Sequence record: NC_019505.1
Source of the DNA: Escherichia phage wV7
Direction: 5' to 3' (one strand)
DNA length: 64,000 bases
Below are positions 25,246 to 36,149 of the stretch, in pieces. The notes beneath the pieces were generated by a model. That model saw only the letters and a list, made by a program, of their open reading frames with translations. It was not told where the DNA came from and searched no databases. The first letter of the stretch is position 1, and every line of letters starts with the position of its first letter. The position numbers and the translations under genes are program-made.

Positions 25246-27942
25246 TCAGCCAAACAGGAAGTCTAACGAAGCTTTTTCTTCATAGTCCATACCAGCCGAT
25301 TCACACATGCCTGCAAGCGGTTTAACAAACGATTTTTGGAACAAAGTTGAGTAGTCAATCCAAGACAGTACGTCAGAACGAATTTCTTTTGGAAGTTCTG
25401 TACCCGACGGCCAAGCAATGCATTTGTCACCAAATGGATTTCCTTCACGCAATGGAAGAACCATTACTTTATTTCCATCCAAAATTGGAGCTACACCTAA
25501 ACCGCTAACAGCTCGACGATAAGTTAGCACACCACGAATATGGAACGGGCATTTAAATCCTGGCCAACCTTTATCATCATATTTCGCTATATCGTTCGCA
25601 GTTTTTACTTCAGCAATAACTTTATAGTCGAGTTGACGATATTCTTTCTCGAAGTTCTTGTAATATTCTTGGACAGACTCTTCGCCTTCCTGAAGAATAC
25701 GACGAATACTTTCTTCGAGAGCTTCTTGGACCGCTTTAGGCGTTGAACTCTGCTGAGTTTCCATACCCATGATTTTTAGATGCGGTTCAGCAAATCGCTT
25801 ATCTTCCATATCATAAACGTTCAGAGCATAACGCTTTTTCGCTTTCCAAAATCCACCAACGCCCTTTGAACCAAGTGGAGGGCAAGAAATAGCTTCACGG
25901 TCCATATGCATCAGATGCTCGCGGTTATTCATATAATCACATAACTCACGATATGCAACATCAATCATAGGTTCCATCTTTTTCTTACCGAACTGATTCA
26001 TGAATTCAACTAAATCGTTCTGCTCTTTGAATCGGTCAAGACCAACTTTTTCAATAACTTTATCTACACAAACATATACCGAATCAGTATCACCTGCTGC
26101 AATGAAATCTTCGCCATTAGTTCCGCACACTTTATTCAGATACTCATTAATTTTACGAGCAATCCACTGAATACCAACTTGGCCGAAAATTGTGATAGCA
26201 GTAGCATTTCGCAAATCATAGTAACGGAAATGAATATTACCAAGAGCACCGTAAAGGCTGTTAATAAGAATTTTACGGTTCAGCTGATTTGTATTAGCAA
26301 GTGTAGCCGCTTTTTCACATTCTTCAATCAAACTATTGAGAACAGATTCAGTATAATTCGATAGTTCATTTAAGAAATCATCACTGAACTTAACATATCG
26401 TTCAACTTCAGGTTTAGTTGAACAAGACCCTGCGCCTTTCATAATAATCTTTTTAATAGCTTCGGCATTCATTTCTTCAGCGAACATTTTCTTTTTCCAA
26501 TCTTTACGCTGGAAAAATACTTTAGCGATTTCCTTTGGAATGATACCTTCTTGATGCTTATCGTACATCCATCCATTCGGAGAACAAGAATATTCATCAC
26601 TCGGTTTAGGAGCTGTTCCTGCGATATATTCATGAATTGGATGAACTTTAAACTGACCACGAATAGTCTCAGGACTAATGTTAACCTGACGAATAATGCT
26701 CGGATACAGAGACGTCAAGTCAAAACTCATAATATATCGACGAGCAATTGGTTTAGGTTCAAACACAAATGCACCCGGAAAACTCTGTTTAACATGCGAA
26801 CCTTGTTGAGGAATAACCTTATGTTCACCTTTCAATGAGTTAAAAATAATAGCATCCCAGGTTTTAATAGGACTCATTACACCAGAAAAAGGCATTTTAG
26901 CGTAATAAGACATACTTAAAACTAGATCGATAAACCCGCGAATTTTATCAATTGCTTGAACTGATTCTACGTCAATGATGTTATAACTAATGTATCGTTG
27001 ATGATTAGTCTCACGAAGTTTATTAATAGGACCGTCGTATGGTAATTTACCTTTTTTGGTTTCATGCTGAGCAACTGATTCCAAAGAGAATGACGGCAAA
27101 TTAGTAAATGCGAATTTCTTATACAAATCTAAATAATCAAGAATAGATACGCCATCAATAGAATAAATTTCTTTGCTACCGTACATATTTTGGATAAGTT
27201 TAGATTTTACTCGACCGATTGGAGAGAAGCGTTTCATACTACGTTCACCGAGAACCATTTTAACGCGATTCATGATATACGGAACGTCAAATCCCTCAAT
27301 ATTCCAACCAGTAAAAATAGCAGGTCGTTTCTGTTCCCAGAGATTGATATATTCCATGAGCATATCACGCTCATTATCGAATGGCATATAAATTACTCGG
27401 TCAAGAATTTCTTGAGGAACTTCATCACCACCTTCACAGTCAAGCTTAGCAGCTAACTTTGCATCCCATTTTGATACTGAACCATACATTGAATTCAAAA
27501 GGTCGAAAACATAAAAACGATCATCAATTGAATCGTAATGAGTGATAGCATCAATTTCATATTCAGCTTTCATTGGGTCAGGAAATTTATCACCAGTAAC
27601 CTCAATGTCACAGTTAGCTACACGAACAAATTTTCGGTCATAAACAATTTCTGAACCGTATGTATCACTGATATAAGCGAGTTTAAAATCGTTCATACCG
27701 AGAGCTTCGAGACCGATGTCTTCCATTCGTTTCATCCAATCTCGAGCATCTTTCATTGATGGAAATTTTTGAGGAGCGCAGTTTTTACCATAGATGTCTT
27801 TGTATTTTGACTCTTCCTTACAATGCCTAAACATAGTCGGAAGATATTCTACTTCACGAGTACGTTCCTTTCCGTTTTCATCAATATAACGTTCAACAAT
27901 GTTATTTCCAACTGTTTCGATAGAGATATAAAATTCTTTCAT
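25246..27942 (-). CDS. 43: DNA polymerase gp43 (family B)
   Basis: 898 aa; same length as T4 gp43; operator hairpin at its RBS. Confidence 0.95.
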   Translation of the reverse strand: MKEFYISIETVGNNIVERYIDENGKERTREVEYLPTMFRHCKEESKYKDIYGKNCAPQKFPSMKDARDWMKRMEDIGLEALGMNDFKLAYISDTYGSEIVYDRKFVRVANCDIEVTGDKFPDPMKAEYEIDAITHYDSIDDRFYVFDLLNSMYGSVSKWDAKLAAKLDCEGGDEVPQEILDRVIYMPFDNERDMLMEYINLWEQKRPAIFTGWNIEGFDVPYIMNRVKMVLGERSMKRFSPIGRVKSKLIQNMYGSKEIYSIDGVSILDYLDLYKKFAFTNLPSFSLESVAQHETKKGKLPYDGPINKLRETNHQRYISYNIIDVESVQAIDKIRGFIDLVLSMSYYAKMPFSGVMSPIKTWDAIIFNSLKGEHKVIPQQGSHVKQSFPGAFVFEPKPIARRYIMSFDLTSLYPSIIRQVNISPETIRGQFKVHPIHEYIAGTAPKPSDEYSCSPNGWMYDKHQEGIIPKEIAKVFFQRKDWKKKMFAEEMNAEAIKKIIMKGAGSCSTKPEVERYVKFSDDFLNELSNYTESVLNSLIEECEKAATLANTNQLNRKILINSLYGALGNIHFRYYDLRNATAITIFGQVGIQWIARKINEYLNKVCGTNGEDFIAAGDTDSVYVCVDKVIEKVGLDRFKEQNDLVEFMNQFGKKKMEPMIDVAYRELCDYMNNREHLMHMDREAISCPPLGSKGVGGFWKAKKRYALNVYDMEDKRFAEPHLKIMGMETQQSSTPKAVQEALEESIRRILQEGEESVQEYYKNFEKEYRQLDYKVIAEVKTANDIAKYDDKGWPGFKCPFHIRGVLTYRRAVSGLGVAPILDGNKVMVLPLREGNPFGDKCIAWPSGTELPKEIRSDVLSWIDYSTLFQKSFVKPLAGMCESAGMDYEEKASLDFLFG

Positions 27943-27982
27943 AGATATTCCTTAGTTTATAGCCCGAGTTATTAGGCTCTTG
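27943..27982 (-). promoter_or_regulatory. gene 43 translational operator (gp43 autoregulation site)
   Basis: mRNA reads GAGCCUAAUAACUCGGGCU hairpin then AAGGAAUAUCUAUG; matches the T4 gene 43 operator as recalled. Confidence 0.6.
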
Positions 27983-27989
27983 ATATATT

Positions 27990-28019
27990 ATACTCCAAAT
28001 AAGGGGCCGAAGCCCCTTT
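27990..28019 (-). terminator. UUCG-tetraloop hairpin upstream of gene 43 operator
   Basis: AAAGGGGC-UUCG-GCCCCUU then UAUUUGG. Confidence 0.5.
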
Positions 28020-28022
28020 GCT

Positions 28023-28310
28023 TTAAATTTCTATTGTACAACGCGATATAACGGACTTGCCATCTTTATTTGTGGTTTTGATAATCGCATGAAATGCGCG
28101 TTGGCGTGGGTAAACTAATCGTTGGAATTCTTTTTGGAATTCTATTTGTTTATCTTCCGGGAGGTCAAAAACCAGTTGGGTAGAAGACAGACCATATGTT
28201 TGTTTTAGATTTTCGAATATTAGAAAAGCTTCGGTAAACTGAATCTCTGATTGTGTCATATAATTTACCTTAATTACCAATCGTATATTTAGGAACGAGT
28301 TTCCATTCAT
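28023..28310 (-). CDS. hypothetical protein between regA and 43
   Basis: 95-aa track ORF overlapping regA 3' end; likelier start at internal M18 (78 aa); terminator hairpin downstream. Confidence 0.35.
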   Translation of the reverse strand: MNGNSFLNIRLVIKVNYMTQSEIQFTEAFLIFENLKQTYGLSSTQLVFDLPEDKQIEFQKEFQRLVYPRQRAFHAIIKTTNKDGKSVISRCTIEI

Positions 28311-28638
28311 GTTTTTGTTTAAAAGAAATAACTCGGAAGTTATTAGTTAAATCTTTCATAAAAGTTCTTTGACCAGGAACGATTTCAATCAGTCCCCAAT
28401 CTTCTAACAGCCATGCAATCGAATCACGACGAACTTCATCTTCTTCTGTCATTTCAACTTGACGGCCATCCATACGAAGCATTTCTTTAAAATGAACGAT
28501 ATAGTATAGTCCTTTTTTCTGAAGAATATGACAGGACTGATACAGAACTTTATCTTTATTATTAGCAATTCCCATACGAGTCAAAGTTTCTTTTACTTTC
28601 AGAAAATCTTCAGGTTTTTTAAGAGTAATTTCAATCAT
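28270..28638 (-). CDS. regA: RegA translational repressor
   Basis: 122 aa; position between 62 and 43. Confidence 0.85.
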   Translation of the reverse strand: MIEITLKKPEDFLKVKETLTRMGIANNKDKVLYQSCHILQKKGLYYIVHFKEMLRMDGRQVEMTEEDEVRRDSIAWLLEDWGLIEIVPGQRTFMKDLTNNFRVISFKQKHEWKLVPKYTIGN

Positions 28639-28639
28639 T

Positions 28640-29203
28640 TTACCATTCCAATGCTAGTTTTTTGAGTTGTTTCTGTTCTTTTACGTTCTTAGTCACTTCT
28701 TTCAAAAAATCATCCGTGACTAATCCTTTAAGTTCTTTTAATACTAAAGGTAGTTTTCCATTTTTAGTAAGAATTGATTTATAGTTAATTGCATCATTTG
28801 TATTAACTTGATAACGCTTAGCAAGTAACTTAATAATCAATACTTCGGTGGAATCTTCAACTAGTTTTGCCCATTTACCATATCTTTTACCACGAGGAAC
28901 TGCAGCCATTAGATAATTAAAATGAGCTTCATCACTTAATCCAGAACCGATTAAATTCATAGCATATACAGCTGGCATGCACTCTGGAAATTGTGATAAT
29001 GCATTTTCAACCATGAATTTTGAATAATCTTTTTGAGCAATAGAGCATTTAGTTTTATTATTAATAGCTCCAATTATTTCAAAAAACTCATTTTCAGCTT
29101 TTTCTTTAAAAGAATCAGCAGCGGATTGGACAGCTGTCCAATCTTTTGAATACCAAGCAACTTGATGCTCGTTTAATTGAATATCATCTTCAAATAAGCT
29201 CAT
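28640..29203 (-). CDS. 62: clamp loader small subunit gp62
   Basis: 187 aa from M8 ([10 protein letters not shown]). Confidence 0.85.
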   Translation of the reverse strand: MSLFEDDIQLNEHQVAWYSKDWTAVQSAADSFKEKAENEFFEIIGAINNKTKCSIAQKDYSKFMVENALSQFPECMPAVYAMNLIGSGLSDEAHFNYLMAAVPRGKRYGKWAKLVEDSTEVLIIKLLAKRYQVNTNDAINYKSILTKNGKLPLVLKELKGLVTDDFLKEVTKNVKEQKQLKKLALEW

Positions 29204-29204
29204 A

Positions 29205-30164
29205 TCACTTCCACTGCATTTCACATGCTAACTGAATGAAAAGATAAGCTAAATGCAATTCAGTATTAGCTGCAATACCATGATACTGATTATTTTCGCC
29301 GACAATTTCGTACATACGAATAATACTCTGTGGAGTTACACGTGAATAGATTTCTTCGGCAAGTTTACCCACGAACCACGAATAATCGGCTGCATATTTT
29401 GGTGCTAAAGCTCTGAGTTGTTTAACATCTTTATTTTTGAGAGACTCAAGAACATCATCAATAGCACCACGATCGTTAGTAACCAGTGATAAAATACCAG
29501 CATCCAAAACACCTTTAGATGAATAACTATCGAGCTCGCCAATAGTTTTACGAAAATCAGGAAAATTCTTTTTAACCAAAGCTGCTACAACTTTCATATC
29601 AGCTATAGCAATTCCTTCATGCTTGCAGATTTCAGTCAATCGACGAATCATCTGCTTCATCATTTCAATTTTATCTTCATCGGTCGGTTGACCGAACGTA
29701 ATAACTCGGCAGCGTGACTGAAGTGGTTTAATAATACCATCAATATTGTTAGCAGTAATAATAATACTACAGTTTGAACTATAAGCTTCCATAAAGGAAC
29801 GAAGATGTCGCTGAGACTCTGCTAGCCCTGAACGGTCAAATTCATCAATAACGATTACTTTTTGACGACCATCAAATGAAGCTGCGCTGGCAAAATTAGT
29901 CAAAGGACCGCGAACGAAATCAATTTTACAATCTGACCCATTCACAAACATCATATCAGCATTTACATCATGACACAATGCTTTTGCTACAGTTGTTTTA
30001 CCTGTTCCTGGAGAAGGAGAATGAAGAATAATATGTGGAATCTTACCTTTACTTGTAATAGATTTAAAGGTTTCTTTATCAAAGGCGGGAAGAATACATT
30101 CATCGATAGTAGATGGACGATATTTCTGTTCAAGAATGTGTTCTTTTTCATTTACGGTAATCAT
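29205..30164 (-). CDS. 44: clamp loader large subunit gp44 (AAA+)
   Basis: 319 aa from M6; Walker A GTGKTT; SRC motif; track start was TTG. Confidence 0.9.
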
Positions 30165-30187
30165 AATTTCCTCATTCAAGTTTTAGT

Positions 30188-30213
30188 GTAAATTATAAAG
30201 GGCCGAAGCCCTC
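30188..30213 (-). terminator. UUCG-tetraloop hairpin between 45 and 44
   Basis: AGGGC-UUCG-GCCCU immediately after gene 45 stop. Confidence 0.45.
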
Positions 30214-30215
30214 TA

Positions 30216-30902
30216 TTAAAAATCGTGGGTAGAATCAGCTTCAAGAGCTACTACATAATTCGCGTGTTCACCTTCAAATTTAGCAGCACCTTGTTTACCT
30301 TTTGCCCAGAGCAGAAGTTTATAATTTCCTGGTTGCATTTTCATATTTGCCATATTGATAATAAAATTAAATGTATTTTCACCATCATAATCACCAAGAG
30401 TCAAAGAATATTTAACACGGGTCAGAGCAGAATCTTCTACTTTATTAAAACCGTTAATTACGATTTTACCTTCTTTTACCGTGATAGCAATTGTATCAAT
30501 TTGCAGACCACGAGATACACGCAACAGTTGTTGAAGGTCTTCAGCTTTAATTTCAGTAACAACAGATGCTACCGGGAATGGAATTGGTTTATTAGGAGCA
30601 ACTACTGTACTCGGATCGGCTGCTGGCCAAAAAATTGTTGAACGAGCATCAGCAATTTTAATATTACCATCTTCTGACTGGGAAATTTCTGCATCATCAT
30701 TAACTAGAGACAGAATACCGAGAAAACCGTTCAAATCGTAAATTGCTACATCAAAATCAATAACGTCAGAAATATTCGCTTCTGCATAAGTTGTACCATT
30801 AACCGCACGAGTCATAATAAATTGACCGGATTTAAGCATAATACCAGAGTTAATAGTAGCGAAATTTTTCAGCAGAGCAGTAGTATCTTTAGACAGTTTC
30901 AT
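30216..30902 (-). CDS. 45: sliding clamp gp45
   Basis: 228 aa; matches T4 gp45 as recalled. Confidence 0.9.
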   Translation of the reverse strand: MKLSKDTTALLKNFATINSGIMLKSGQFIMTRAVNGTTYAEANISDVIDFDVAIYDLNGFLGILSLVNDDAEISQSEDGNIKIADARSTIFWPAADPSTVVAPNKPIPFPVASVVTEIKAEDLQQLLRVSRGLQIDTIAITVKEGKIVINGFNKVEDSALTRVKYSLTLGDYDGENTFNFIINMANMKMQPGNYKLLLWAKGKQGAAKFEGEHANYVVALEADSTHDF

Positions 30903-30931
30903 GTAATTTCCTTCAATTCAAATGAGATTTA

Positions 30932-30957
30932 ATTTTATAACTAATTAAATAAAGCAA
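30932..30957 (-). promoter_or_regulatory. MotA-dependent middle promoter candidate (gene 45)
   Basis: TTGCTTTA, 12-nt spacer, TAAAAT. Confidence 0.5.
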
Positions 30958-31347
30958 TTAACGATTAAAATCAGCTGCGATTGTTTCGGCAACAATTTGA
31001 GCAGCAACAATTAGACGTTCATCTGCATTACCGCAATATTCATCTTCAAGGCGTTCACCACATGAAGTCATAATAAATTTAGCACCGGCGTTTAGGGATT
31101 CTGTAGTATGTTTGCGCATTAGTTCAATCCATTTATTACTTACTTCACGATCGATAGCTTCATAATACGCATGACGAGCAGGTGCAGATTTAATTTTATT
31201 CTGAATAACTTCCATTGCGTTATCAGAAAGAGACAAAACCCATGCTCGACGAATTTTATTTTGGTTTTGCGGATTTGAGTCAGAACGCACGTGTTTTGGC
31301 TGAATATCTTTTACATCAACAGTATAATTCACAGTAATTTTAGTCAT
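30958..31347 (-). CDS. rpbA: RpbA-like RNA polymerase binding protein
   Basis: 129 aa between 46 and 45; positional/size match. Confidence 0.6.
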   Translation of the reverse strand: MTKITVNYTVDVKDIQPKHVRSDSNPQNQNKIRRAWVLSLSDNAMEVIQNKIKSAPARHAYYEAIDREVSNKWIELMRKHTTESLNAGAKFIMTSCGERLEDEYCGNADERLIVAAQIVAETIAADFNR

Positions 31348-31356
31348 AATACACCT

Positions 31357-31545
31357 TTAGTCATAATAATCAGTAACAGTCCAAGCTTCATTTCTATTGG
31401 ACATTATTTTTGTATATTCTGCTTTAAATGCATTCCTAAGCATAGATTCAGTAACTATATGCTCTTCATTAGAAAAATTATTTCTCAGAATATATCGTTT
31501 TATTTCAGGAATAGTTAATAGATGTTGTCCAGTTGAATATTCCAT
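31357..31545 (-). CDS. small hypothetical protein
   Basis: 62 aa; MotA-type promoter upstream. Confidence 0.45.
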   Translation of the reverse strand: MEYSTGQHLLTIPEIKRYILRNNFSNEEHIVTESMLRNAFKAEYTKIMSNRNEAWTVTDYYD

Positions 31546-31562
31546 GTTTTTCCTCCATAGAG

Positions 31563-31587
31563 ATTATACTCTAATAAATTAAAGCAT
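31563..31587 (-). promoter_or_regulatory. MotA-dependent middle promoter candidate
   Basis: ATGCTTTA, 11-nt spacer, TATAAT upstream of 31357..31545. Confidence 0.5.
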
Positions 31588-31600
31588 AATCTCTTATAAA

Positions 31601-33283
31601 TTAAACCATTACAGTAAATCGACCAACTTTCTTCATTTGAAGATGCTGACCGTATGCTTGCGGGTCATGGTCTCTATGCGAAATAACAAAAACATTAGTA
31701 TTTTTTAAACTATCTAAAATAGTTGAAATAGCTTTTACACCTTCAACGTCGGTCGCTGAATCAAAAACTTCATCAAGAATTAGTGTGTTTATTTTAACAC
31801 CTGAAACTTTTTCAGCAATATCACGCCAAGTAAATAAAAGAGCAATATCAATTCGCGCTTTTTCACCTTGACTGAATGAAGCATAACTAAAATCTTCACG
31901 ACCACGGGATTTAATTGTCTCATTAAATTCTTCATCTAATGTAAACACATAATCCGCTTCCATTATTTTAAGATAATGGTTAATCTGCTTATTAAATAAT
32001 GGAATGTACTTTTTAATAATAGCACCTTTAATACCAGAATCTTTGAGCATATCAGTCAAAATTCCTCGGTGGTATTTTTCCATTACTAAATTAGTTTTTG
32101 TCTTAACAATTTTATCAAGTTCTTCTTGAAGCAGTGCTATTTCATCAGCATGGTCAATAAACTCAGAAGATGCTTTTTCTATAGCTGCTTTAACTTTTTT
32201 AGCTTTATCTACCGTCGTGATTAGAGATTGCTTTTTATTGCGAATATCATTTGCCAACGACTGCTGAGTTTTAATATTATCTCGGTATTCATCAACAAGA
32301 ACTTTTAAATTATCACGGTGTGTTGAAAGCTGTTCAAACGAATGCGTACATTCAGAAACTTTATCTTTAATTTTAGAAACAACTTTATCACCGGAACTTA
32401 ATTGTGACAAACAGGTTGGACATAATCCACCTTCGTGATACATATTAATGACTTTATTGTACGAGTCAATTTTTGATTTAATTAAAACTGCTTCTTGACC
32501 GATTTTATTAAATGCATCAGTCGGGTCTTCGTCTAAAACAATATTAACTAATCTTTCATTAGCTTCTTCTATTTCCGATTTTAGCGTTCTAGCTTCTTTT
32601 GCCAAATCATCGTACATATTCTGCAGACGAGTAAGATTGTCACCCGTTAATTTTTTCTGGCGTTCAACGTTATCATTATATATTTTAATTTGTTGGATAA
32701 TACTATCTTTTTTAACATCAAGCACTTGGTTCTGCGAATTTAATTCGCGTATTAGTGCTTTATTAAGCTTATCCATTTCAGCTAATGTTCCTACCTCAAG
32801 CAGGTCTTCCACAAGCTTTCTTCGTGCAGGGGTCGACAAACCCATGAAAGGGGTATACCCTGCTGTACCAAGGACAACAATCTGCTTGAAACTGGCATAT
32901 GACATTCCGATAAGCTGTTCAAATTCTGCTTGGAAATCTTTACTGCTGGCAGATTCATTAAGACGTGTACCATTAATGGTGATTTCGAAAACGTTTGGTT
33001 TTTGTCCTCTTTTGATATAGTACTTTTTCTCATCATATTCCATCCACAGTTCAACTAAAAGTTCTTTCTTATTTGTGCTGTTTATTAATTGACCTTTCTT
33101 TACATCACGAAATGGCTTGCCAAAAAGCCCAAATGTGATGGCTTCTAACATAGTAGACTTACCACCGCCATTTCGTCCAGTAATAAGAGTTTTTTGAACC
33201 TTATCTAATTGAATGTCAATAGGATTTCCACCTACTGACATTATATTTTGATACCTAACTCGGTTTAGTTTAAAATTCTTCAC
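31601..33283 (-). CDS. 46: recombination endonuclease subunit gp46 (Rad50/SbcC-like)
   Basis: 560 aa; Walker A GRNGGGKST, zinc hook CPTC, ILDEVFD. Confidence 0.9.
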   Translation of the reverse strand: MKNFKLNRVRYQNIMSVGGNPIDIQLDKVQKTLITGRNGGGKSTMLEAITFGLFGKPFRDVKKGQLINSTNKKELLVELWMEYDEKKYYIKRGQKPNVFEITINGTRLNESASSKDFQAEFEQLIGMSYASFKQIVVLGTAGYTPFMGLSTPARRKLVEDLLEVGTLAEMDKLNKALIRELNSQNQVLDVKKDSIIQQIKIYNDNVERQKKLTGDNLTRLQNMYDDLAKEARTLKSEIEEANERLVNIVLDEDPTDAFNKIGQEAVLIKSKIDSYNKVINMYHEGGLCPTCLSQLSSGDKVVSKIKDKVSECTHSFEQLSTHRDNLKVLVDEYRDNIKTQQSLANDIRNKKQSLITTVDKAKKVKAAIEKASSEFIDHADEIALLQEELDKIVKTKTNLVMEKYHRGILTDMLKDSGIKGAIIKKYIPLFNKQINHYLKIMEADYVFTLDEEFNETIKSRGREDFSYASFSQGEKARIDIALLFTWRDIAEKVSGVKINTLILDEVFDSATDVEGVKAISTILDSLKNTNVFVISHRDHDPQAYGQHLQMKKVGRFTVMV

Positions 33284-33543
33284 AAAAGATTCCTTTTAAT
33301 GTATCTTTTAGACCATTCTATCATATCATCATAATCTAAAAAGTATTCATCAAATTCAGCCATGCAAACAACGCCTTGTGCTGCTTTTGATGTGATATAA
33401 ATTATTCCAACATATCTAGAATCTTCTTCTGTATAATCAATGTTTGCTATGAATTCATCATTAATGTCAAATGTCGAAAACTTCACAGTATGCATCCTTA
33501 ATACAAGATACAGCCATATCTCGTAATGATTTAGGTGTGTCAT
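33280..33543 (-). CDS. small hypothetical protein
   Basis: 87-aa track ORF overlapping upstream ORF; start uncertain. Confidence 0.35.
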   Translation of the reverse strand: MTHLNHYEIWLYLVLRMHTVKFSTFDINDEFIANIDYTEEDSRYVGIIYITSKAAQGVVCMAEFDEYFLDYDDMIEWSKRYIKRNLL

Positions 33544-33730
33544 TATCTAAAATGTTGAAGTTAAAAGATACAGCCCAGTCAGTGCAGACTGTAACCTTTT
33601 TAATACAATTATCTTCAACCTCTAACGGTTCAAACCAATATTCAATAATTTCTTTATGCCCAATATCATCTTTTACTTCGCATTCAAAATGCTGACTCAT
33701 CATAACATTTTTAAATTCATCAAAAGTCAT
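33467..33730 (-). CDS. small hypothetical protein
   Basis: 87 aa; Cys-containing; between 47 and 46. Confidence 0.45.
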   Translation of the reverse strand: MTFDEFKNVMMSQHFECEVKDDIGHKEIIEYWFEPLEVEDNCIKKVTVCTDWAVSFNFNILDNDTPKSLRDMAVSCIKDAYCEVFDI

Positions 33731-34746
33731 TGTGTTGCCTCTACATATAGCTGATTTGCATATTGAATAAGTGCTTCGCGGTCAGAATCAGTGATGTCTG
33801 GAATTGCATTAATGTATTCTTCCATTAATGTCTGAAGCGATTGAACTTCAACTTCTTCACTGTCATCTGACTCGACAGAGTTATCAATCTTTGACACAAC
33901 TCGTAATGAATGCACAACTTTTTCTAGTTCAGATTCGAACTTCGTCAGATTTTTGTCTACTTCAGTTACTATAACACGTACTGATAGATTTGTAAAATCT
34001 TTATAGTCAATTTTTCCTTTAAATGGATAATGAATTCTACGATGCCAGGTAGTATTGTTTGGAATAAATTCCATTCGTTCTGTTTCTGTATCAAACATCC
34101 AGAACCCGCGAGGGTCATTCTCGTCACCTGCAGTTAGTGTCCATGGTGTCCCAATATATCTGACGTTTGCAGCCTCAGAAATAGTATGGAAGTGACCAGA
34201 CCACACTTCTTTATAAGTCTTAAGGAAATCAGGTTCAAGACCGTGAGATTTCATTCCTTTATAAAAATAAAATCCATTCAGTTCCCAGTGACCAACACAA
34301 AAAGAAGCAGATGAAGTTTTGATGTGTTCAAGAATTTCACCAGTATTTTCTTCACACATCCAAGGAATTAAATCAATCAAACATCCGTCAAAATCTACTG
34401 TAGTAGGCTTATCATATACTTTAACATTAGGATATTTAGCCAAAAGCTCAGTAGAGGCATTTGGATGCATTACATTTTTGTAGTGGAGATCGTGATTTCC
34501 TACAATAGTATGTAATGTGATTCCAGCATCATCAAGCATTTGAACTATTTCACGAGCAAACTCCATAGTTTTATGCGTGATTGCTTTTCGCACATCAAAA
34601 ATATCACCGTATTGAATCCAGGTAGTAATTCCATTTTTCTTAGAATATTCTATCGCTTGCTTAATTCCATCCAACTGAATGGATTGAACCCACTCATCAT
34701 CGGCTTTAACGCCTAAATGCCAATCACCTAAATTTAAAATTTTCAT
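33727..34746 (-). CDS. 47: recombination endonuclease subunit gp47 (Mre11-like)
   Basis: 339 aa; phosphoesterase motifs GDWHLG, GDIFD, GNHD. Confidence 0.9.
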   Translation of the reverse strand: MKILNLGDWHLGVKADDEWVQSIQLDGIKQAIEYSKKNGITTWIQYGDIFDVRKAITHKTMEFAREIVQMLDDAGITLHTIVGNHDLHYKNVMHPNASTELLAKYPNVKVYDKPTTVDFDGCLIDLIPWMCEENTGEILEHIKTSSASFCVGHWELNGFYFYKGMKSHGLEPDFLKTYKEVWSGHFHTISEAANVRYIGTPWTLTAGDENDPRGFWMFDTETERMEFIPNNTTWHRRIHYPFKGKIDYKDFTNLSVRVIVTEVDKNLTKFESELEKVVHSLRVVSKIDNSVESDDSEEVEVQSLQTLMEEYINAIPDITDSDREALIQYANQLYVEATQ

Positions 34747-34883
34747 ATATCAAGAACCGTCATTGAAATGCAAAATAAAATTATTGAAATAAATCCATCT
34801 GGAGTGCTAAAGAACCCAATCCAACATGCTCTAGTGAATAGATAAAATGCAAGAAAAAGTATCACATATCCAAGAAATATCAT
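34743..34883 (-). CDS. small hydrophobic peptide (46 aa)
   Basis: Manual call MIFLGYVILFLAFYLFTRACW...; GGAG RBS; stop overlaps gene 47 ATG; coordinates approximate. Confidence 0.35.
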   Translation of the reverse strand: MIFLGYVILFLAFYLFTRACWIGFFSTPDGFISIILFCISMTVLDI

Positions 34884-34907
34884 TATATCAAACTCCGTAT
34901 AAAGCTA

Positions 34908-34925
34908 AAGGGCCGAAGCCCTTTA
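34908..34925 (-). terminator. UUCG-tetraloop hairpin downstream of a-gt
   Basis: AAAGGGC-UUCG-GCCCUUU directly after a-gt stop. Confidence 0.45.
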
Positions 34926-36125
34926 TTTTGTAATAATGTCAAACTGTTCTTTAAAGCAGAAGCTTGAATCTTGATGCTGATACAAAAATTCATATGCTTT
35001 TTCTCGCTCACGGTCATAAAGAGCTCGGTCAGATGACAGTTCTTTAATACGTTCAAACGTTGATTCCATATCATTTTCATCAAACCAAACGATACCGCTA
35101 TCATGCGAAATTAGCGGAGTATTATCAACACGGAATTTTAAATTTTCGCCAGTAGATTTCCAAAATACCGGAATTGTTCCACATGCACCAAGCTCGAGAT
35201 GAGTATATTCTAAAGAACGCTGTAGATATTTTTTATCCAACTTACTCAGCTGATAACCAAATCCGGATTTACTCATGCGTTCAAGCATTTCGCTATTTAC
35301 ATAACGGTCAAGAATTTGCGTTGGCAAATTAGGAGCAATTTTAATTTGGTCTACTTGATGAAGACGATAATACTCGTATGGAATTCCTTTTTCTTTAATA
35401 GGAATGAACGCTGGAGAACGTTCCAGACCTTCCATAATAGTACTTAGTCCTGCAGGTTTAAGATGTTTTTCGTGAAAATCAAACATCTGATAAAAACCTT
35501 TCCATGTAGTCGTACGACCAATCCAACGGTTGATATTCATGTTAATTTCAGAAACATCTTTCCAGTAGGTTGATCGAACCTTCGCAATATCCATAGGAGG
35601 CTGAAAGTTGTATACGGTCGGTGCTTCTTCAATATCATCAAACAGAGAAACTGTTTCTGGATACCATTCTTTCATCAGAACTTTATTAAAATCGCCATTA
35701 TCAGAATGACTAAAAATAACATCAGCTCGACGAACAGTTTCTTCTAATCCCAAATTTCGGCGCAAAGAAAGAGAAGAATGGTCATGTTGATAAACTACAA
35801 CACGAACCGAAGGTTTAATGTTATCAATAATTTTTTTATAGTTATTAATGGTGTCTTCTTCTACTGAAGTAGCAGGAACTGAATTGATAATTAGAATATC
35901 ACAATCATTTACCAGCTTAAGTGTTTTATCGTATTCTTTTGCCAATAAAACTGGAATTGAAAATGACTTATAATCATGCGCGCAATTACGAGTAAATGAT
36001 TTATCTTTAGCATAAACCAAAGTTACTTCATGACCATTTTTAATAAACCAATCACGCTGCTCAAGAGAAAATTTAGTTACACCGCAACCTTCAAGACCTC
36101 GAGCCATAAAAATACATACTTTCAT
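34923..36125 (-). CDS. agt: DNA alpha-glucosyltransferase
   Basis: 400 aa; near-identical N-terminus to T4 alpha-gt as recalled. Confidence 0.9.
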   Translation of the reverse strand: MKVCIFMARGLEGCGVTKFSLEQRDWFIKNGHEVTLVYAKDKSFTRNCAHDYKSFSIPVLLAKEYDKTLKLVNDCDILIINSVPATSVEEDTINNYKKIIDNIKPSVRVVVYQHDHSSLSLRRNLGLEETVRRADVIFSHSDNGDFNKVLMKEWYPETVSLFDDIEEAPTVYNFQPPMDIAKVRSTYWKDVSEINMNINRWIGRTTTWKGFYQMFDFHEKHLKPAGLSTIMEGLERSPAFIPIKEKGIPYEYYRLHQVDQIKIAPNLPTQILDRYVNSEMLERMSKSGFGYQLSKLDKKYLQRSLEYTHLELGACGTIPVFWKSTGENLKFRVDNTPLISHDSGIVWFDENDMESTFERIKELSSDRALYDREREKAYEFLYQHQDSSFCFKEQFDIITK

Positions 36126-36149
36126 TTAATATCCTCTTTGTTTTGGTTT

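Noticed and set aside
34883-35104. 73-aa minus ORF overlapping the 3' end of a-gt
   Set aside because: Overlaps the conserved alpha-glucosyltransferase frame; the short 46-aa ORF at ~34743..34883 better explains the a-gt/47 interval.
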